From contig JAJZHM010000001.1 in assembly GCA_021804485.1 (NCBI GenBank), forward strand, positions 1 through 52,361: DNA of 52,361 nucleotides. The letters are read 5' to 3'. A program made the translations under genes and the position numbers. How positions within the stretch are numbered: position 1 is the first letter of the stretch; each line of letters begins with the position of its first letter. The notes below the pieces were generated by a model. It ran no database searches. It saw only the letters and a program-made list of their open reading frames with translations, and was not told the origin of the DNA. Positions 49,527 to 52,361 of the stretch are shown here, piece after piece. The DNA is from Pseudomonadota bacterium (GTDB taxonomy: Bacteria > Pseudomonadota > Gammaproteobacteria > Pseudomonadales > Moraxellaceae).

Positions 49527-50231
49527 GTGTCTGAACTGGATGGTGGTATGCCGGAAGCTCAATGGCTTAATCACCATGTGCTTCCCGAACAGGCTTCGCT
49601 TTGGTGCATGACCCGACACTCGGTGCGTGAACAGGCCGGTGAGGCTGTTGCCGGTTATGATGTTCCGTTGACGCCTGCTGGGGTTATTCTGGCTGAGCAG
49701 TGGGGCGCACGTCTGAGCAGGGAAATTGATCATGCCTGCACTTCGCCAGTCGGTCGCTGTCAGGATACGCTGTCGGCCATTCTACGCGGACGGGGTACAA
49801 CCCTGAGTGCCATCACGAGCGAGCGACTGGTTGAACCCGGTGCCTTTGTTGAGGATGTCCGTCATGTCTGGCCGGAGTTTGTTCGTTCTGGACCGATCGG
49901 GTTGGCGCAGCGTCATCTTGGTGGCGAAATGATTCCGGGTATGCGCTCGCCGCAGGCGGGTGTTCGGCGTATCCTTGAACTTTTCCGGCAGCATGTACCT
50001 GGCCAGGGGCGAGTTTCTTTAATGGTCACTCATGATACCGTGCTGGCAGCATTTCTCTACAGTCTGATGGGGCGGACTTGGCTGCAGAAAGATGACTGGC
50101 CTGCCATGATGGAAGCAGCCTGGTTCTGGATGGATGAAAGTCGCCTCTACTGGTTATGGCGTGGTGTTACGGGATCGCGGGAACTGGAGCAGTTGAGCCC
50201 TGACTCAGAGGAAAAGCCGATTTCGTCCTGA
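49527..50231 (+). CDS. Histidine phosphatase (phosphoglycerate mutase-like) family protein
   Basis: An RH-type motif (TRHSVRE) and the downstream VTHDTVL are present. Start is uncertain (GTG 49527 or ATG 49548). Confidence 0.6.
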   Translation: MSELDGGMPEAQWLNHHVLPEQASLWCMTRHSVREQAGEAVAGYDVPLTPAGVILAEQWGARLSREIDHACTSPVGRCQDTLSAILRGRGTTLSAITSERLVEPGAFVEDVRHVWPEFVRSGPIGLAQRHLGGEMIPGMRSPQAGVRRILELFRQHVPGQGRVSLMVTHDTVLAAFLYSLMGRTWLQKDDWPAMMEAAWFWMDESRLYWLWRGVTGSRELEQLSPDSEEKPISS

Positions 50232-50316
50232 TCAGGCCAAAAATCTTCCTGACAAGTTTTCATTGCTCCATGCAGAGCGATGATTCAATTCTGATGCTGA
50301 TGAGACTAAAAAAACG

Positions 50317-51252
50317 ATGAACGTACCAGCCCTGTGGATCAAAGACCTTTGCAAGGTGTACCGTAATGGAACCCGGGCCCTAGATCATCTTCAGCTTGAG
50401 GTTCAGGAAGGTGAGTTTCTGGCACTGCTTGGCCCGAATGGAGCCGGGAAATCAACGACAATCGGAATTCTGAGTTCCTTGGTGACCAAAACTTCCGGTT
50501 CAGTTCGGGTATTTGGTGATGATCTGGATCAGAATCTGGCCCGTGCCAAAATGCATTTGGGTGTTGTGCCGCAGGAGTTCAACTTCGGTCAGTTTGAAGT
50601 GGTTCTGGATATTCTGGTGACCCAGGCGGGTTATTACGGAATTCCTCTGGCGATCGCGCGTAAACGTTCGGAGCACTACCTAGGTCTGCTTGGTTTGCAC
50701 AACAAGATGCATGTGCGTGCCAGACAGCTATCCGGTGGTATGAAACGCCGTTTGATGATTGCCCGTGCTTTGGTTCATCAACCCCGCCTGCTCATTCTTG
50801 ATGAGCCCACGGCTGGAGTGGATATCGAACTGCGACGTTCAATGTGGGAGTTTCTCACCGAACTGAACCGTTCCGGAACAACAGTCATTCTGACCACACA
50901 CTATCTTGAGGAGGCGGAACATCTCTGCCGCCGCATCGCCATCATTGATCATGGACGAATGGTTGAAGATACCGACATGAAGTCCTTGCTGGCAAGCATG
51001 CAGAATGAGACCTTCATTATGGATATACGGCAGCCACTTGCAAATGTGCCGCAAGTGCCGGACCTGCTTATTAGGCAGACGGATGAACAGACACTGGAGG
51101 TTACGGTTGCCCGGGATCAGACGATCAATGATGTTTTTGTCCGGTTGAGTGGGTTGGGCATTGAGGTGATGAGTATGCGCAACAAGGCCAATCGGCTTGA
51201 AGAGCTTTTTGTTGCCCGAGTTGAAAAAAATCTGCAGGCAGGAGGTCACTGA
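50317..51252 (+). CDS. ABC transporter ATP-binding protein (ABC-2/YadG type)
   Basis: Walker A GPNGAGKST, signature LSGGMKRR and Walker B LLILDEP are present. Confidence 0.93.
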   Translation: MNVPALWIKDLCKVYRNGTRALDHLQLEVQEGEFLALLGPNGAGKSTTIGILSSLVTKTSGSVRVFGDDLDQNLARAKMHLGVVPQEFNFGQFEVVLDILVTQAGYYGIPLAIARKRSEHYLGLLGLHNKMHVRARQLSGGMKRRLMIARALVHQPRLLILDEPTAGVDIELRRSMWEFLTELNRSGTTVILTTHYLEEAEHLCRRIAIIDHGRMVEDTDMKSLLASMQNETFIMDIRQPLANVPQVPDLLIRQTDEQTLEVTVARDQTINDVFVRLSGLGIEVMSMRNKANRLEELFVARVEKNLQAGGH

Positions 51253-51253
51253 T

Positions 51254-52027
51254 ATGGGCTGGTATGCAAGCTGGATTGCTTTTTCAACCCTGGTGACTAA
51301 GGAAATCAGGCGCTTCATGCGTATCTGGGTGCAGACTTTATTGCCGCCGGCAATTACCATGTGTCTGTATTTCATAATTTTTGGCAATCTTGTTGGTAGT
51401 CGGGTAGGCCGCATGGGTGGTTTTGATTACATGCAGTTTATTGTCCCCGGTTTGATCATGATGGCAGTGATCCAGAACAGCTACTCCAATGTGGTATCAA
51501 GTTTTTACAGCGCCAAGTTTCAGCGCAGTATTGAGGAATTGCAGGTGGCTCCGATCAGTAATCTGCTCATACTGACCGGCTATGTGGTCGGTGGGGTGGT
51601 GCGTGGCTTGCTGGTAGCGTTCATCGTAACCTTGCTGTCACTGTTTTTTACCCACCTGCAACTGGTACATCCGGCCATGGTGGTCTTTACTGTTTTGTTG
51701 ACCTCGCTGCTCTTTTCACTGGGTGGGCTGATCAATGCTATTTATGCCAAGAGCTTTGACGACATTAGTATTGTGCCAACTTTTGTGCTAACTCCGCTGA
51801 CTTATCTGGGTGGCGTATTCTATTCGGTGCATATGCTGTCGCCCTTTTGGCAGCAACTGACTCTACTTAATCCAATCATATACATGGTTAATGCCTTTCG
51901 ATATGGTGTGCTTGGGGTAAGTGATGTGCCCATCTTCAAGGCTATGGCGATCCTGTCGGTTCTGACGGCAGGTCTGTTTGGTTACTCCCTCAAACTGCTG
52001 CGCGATGGTACCGGACTGAGGGAATGA
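51254..52027 (+). CDS. ABC-2 type transporter permease (YadH-like)
   Basis: A 6-TM ABC-2 membrane protein. ATG 51254 lies 1 nt after the ATPase stop and follows AGGAGG. Confidence 0.88.
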   Translation: MGWYASWIAFSTLVTKEIRRFMRIWVQTLLPPAITMCLYFIIFGNLVGSRVGRMGGFDYMQFIVPGLIMMAVIQNSYSNVVSSFYSAKFQRSIEELQVAPISNLLILTGYVVGGVVRGLLVAFIVTLLSLFFTHLQLVHPAMVVFTVLLTSLLFSLGGLINAIYAKSFDDISIVPTFVLTPLTYLGGVFYSVHMLSPFWQQLTLLNPIIYMVNAFRYGVLGVSDVPIFKAMAILSVLTAGLFGYSLKLLRDGTGLRE

Positions 52028-52286
52028 TCTGGATGAACACTTGTCCGCGCATTCCCCTTGCTCGGCGAGTTCCGAACCAGTCTTGCGCCAGCAGGGGGTC
52101 AAGCGGACGGTTTTGGGTTTGGCTTGGCATTTGCCGCTGATTTTCTTGCGTGCTCTGCCGTACCCTGTGCATCCACGTAGGCGCGAACCGTTTCTCGTGT
52201 TGCTCCGCCAACGCTGCCGCGTGAGAACTGGATTTATGTGTGTTTTTCATGCTTGCGTCTTAAGTGATTGTGGTAGTATATCGCCT

Positions 52287-52361
52287 ATGCAAACAGGAAA
52301 TAAGTTTCGTTGTTACCCTACTCCTGCACAGGAACAAATCCTGTTGCAGTGGATCGGGTGT
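52287..52361 (+). mobile_element. tnpB: 5' end of an IS200/IS605-family tnpB (OrfB, RNA-guided nuclease family), truncated by the window edge
   Basis: MQTGNKFRCYPTPAQEQILLQWIGC matches the conserved TnpB N-terminal pattern (F-K/R-x-R-x-YP-x-x-x-Q-x(6-8)-G-C). Only 25 codons are visible. Confidence 0.6.

Noticed and set aside
52024-52140. 38-aa plus-strand ORF (MIWMNTCPRIPLARR...) whose ATG overlaps the permease stop (ATGA)
   Set aside because: It has no RBS beyond the overlap, an Arg/Cys/Trp-rich composition and lies in compositionally foreign DNA. It is most likely fortuitous.
51990-52250. 86-aa minus-strand ORF overlapping the 3' end of the ABC-2 permease gene
   Set aside because: It has a low-complexity basic/Gln-rich product, overlaps a confident gene and has no RBS. 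I treat it as non-coding or a frameshifted remnant (see the finding at 52028-52361).

Overview
About 52.4 kb of chromosomal DNA at roughly 50% GC, apparently from a Gram-negative (proteobacterial) organism, judged by a tripartite RND pump, lipoboxes and an outer-membrane barrel. Coding density is high. I found no rRNA, tRNA or CRISPR.

Gene content in order:
- An uncharacterised cassette of two acyl-CoA-dehydrogenase-like genes plus an acetoacetate-decarboxylase-like gene.
- A GTPase/DUF4337 pair.
- A complete kdp locus: an extra mini-ORF, then kdpF-A-B-C-D-E.
- A nitric-oxide/nitrite island at 13.8-25.6 kb: nirK (cytochrome c fusion)-nirV-sco-nnrS, a convergent ytfE-norC-norB-norE-norF-norQ-norD operon, and divergent norR.
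- An outer-membrane barrel plus a mini periplasmic-binding protein.
- An AraC-linked FAD/ThDP/FMN oxidoreductase cluster.
- A bacteriohemerythrin.
- An OMF-MFP-RND efflux operon.
- Assorted oxidoreductases, an MFS transporter, a GGDEF protein, an ArsC-like phosphatase, lemA and an ABC-2 exporter.
- The 5' end of an IS200/IS605-type tnpB at the right edge.

The best-supported non-coding signal is a sigma54 -24/-12 promoter with three GGT-N7-ACC NorR boxes in the ytfE/norR intergenic region.

The most unusual items are:
- two translationally coupled mini-ORFs ahead of kdpA, only the second of which looks like KdpF;
- the GTPase-DUF4337 operon, of unknown function;
- the ACAD-ACAD-ADC cassette;
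- GC-rich (60-65%) segments at both window edges next to mobile-element sequence.

I found no clear, self-contained novel system. All calls rest on motifs read by eye and on the ORF track; no searches were run.
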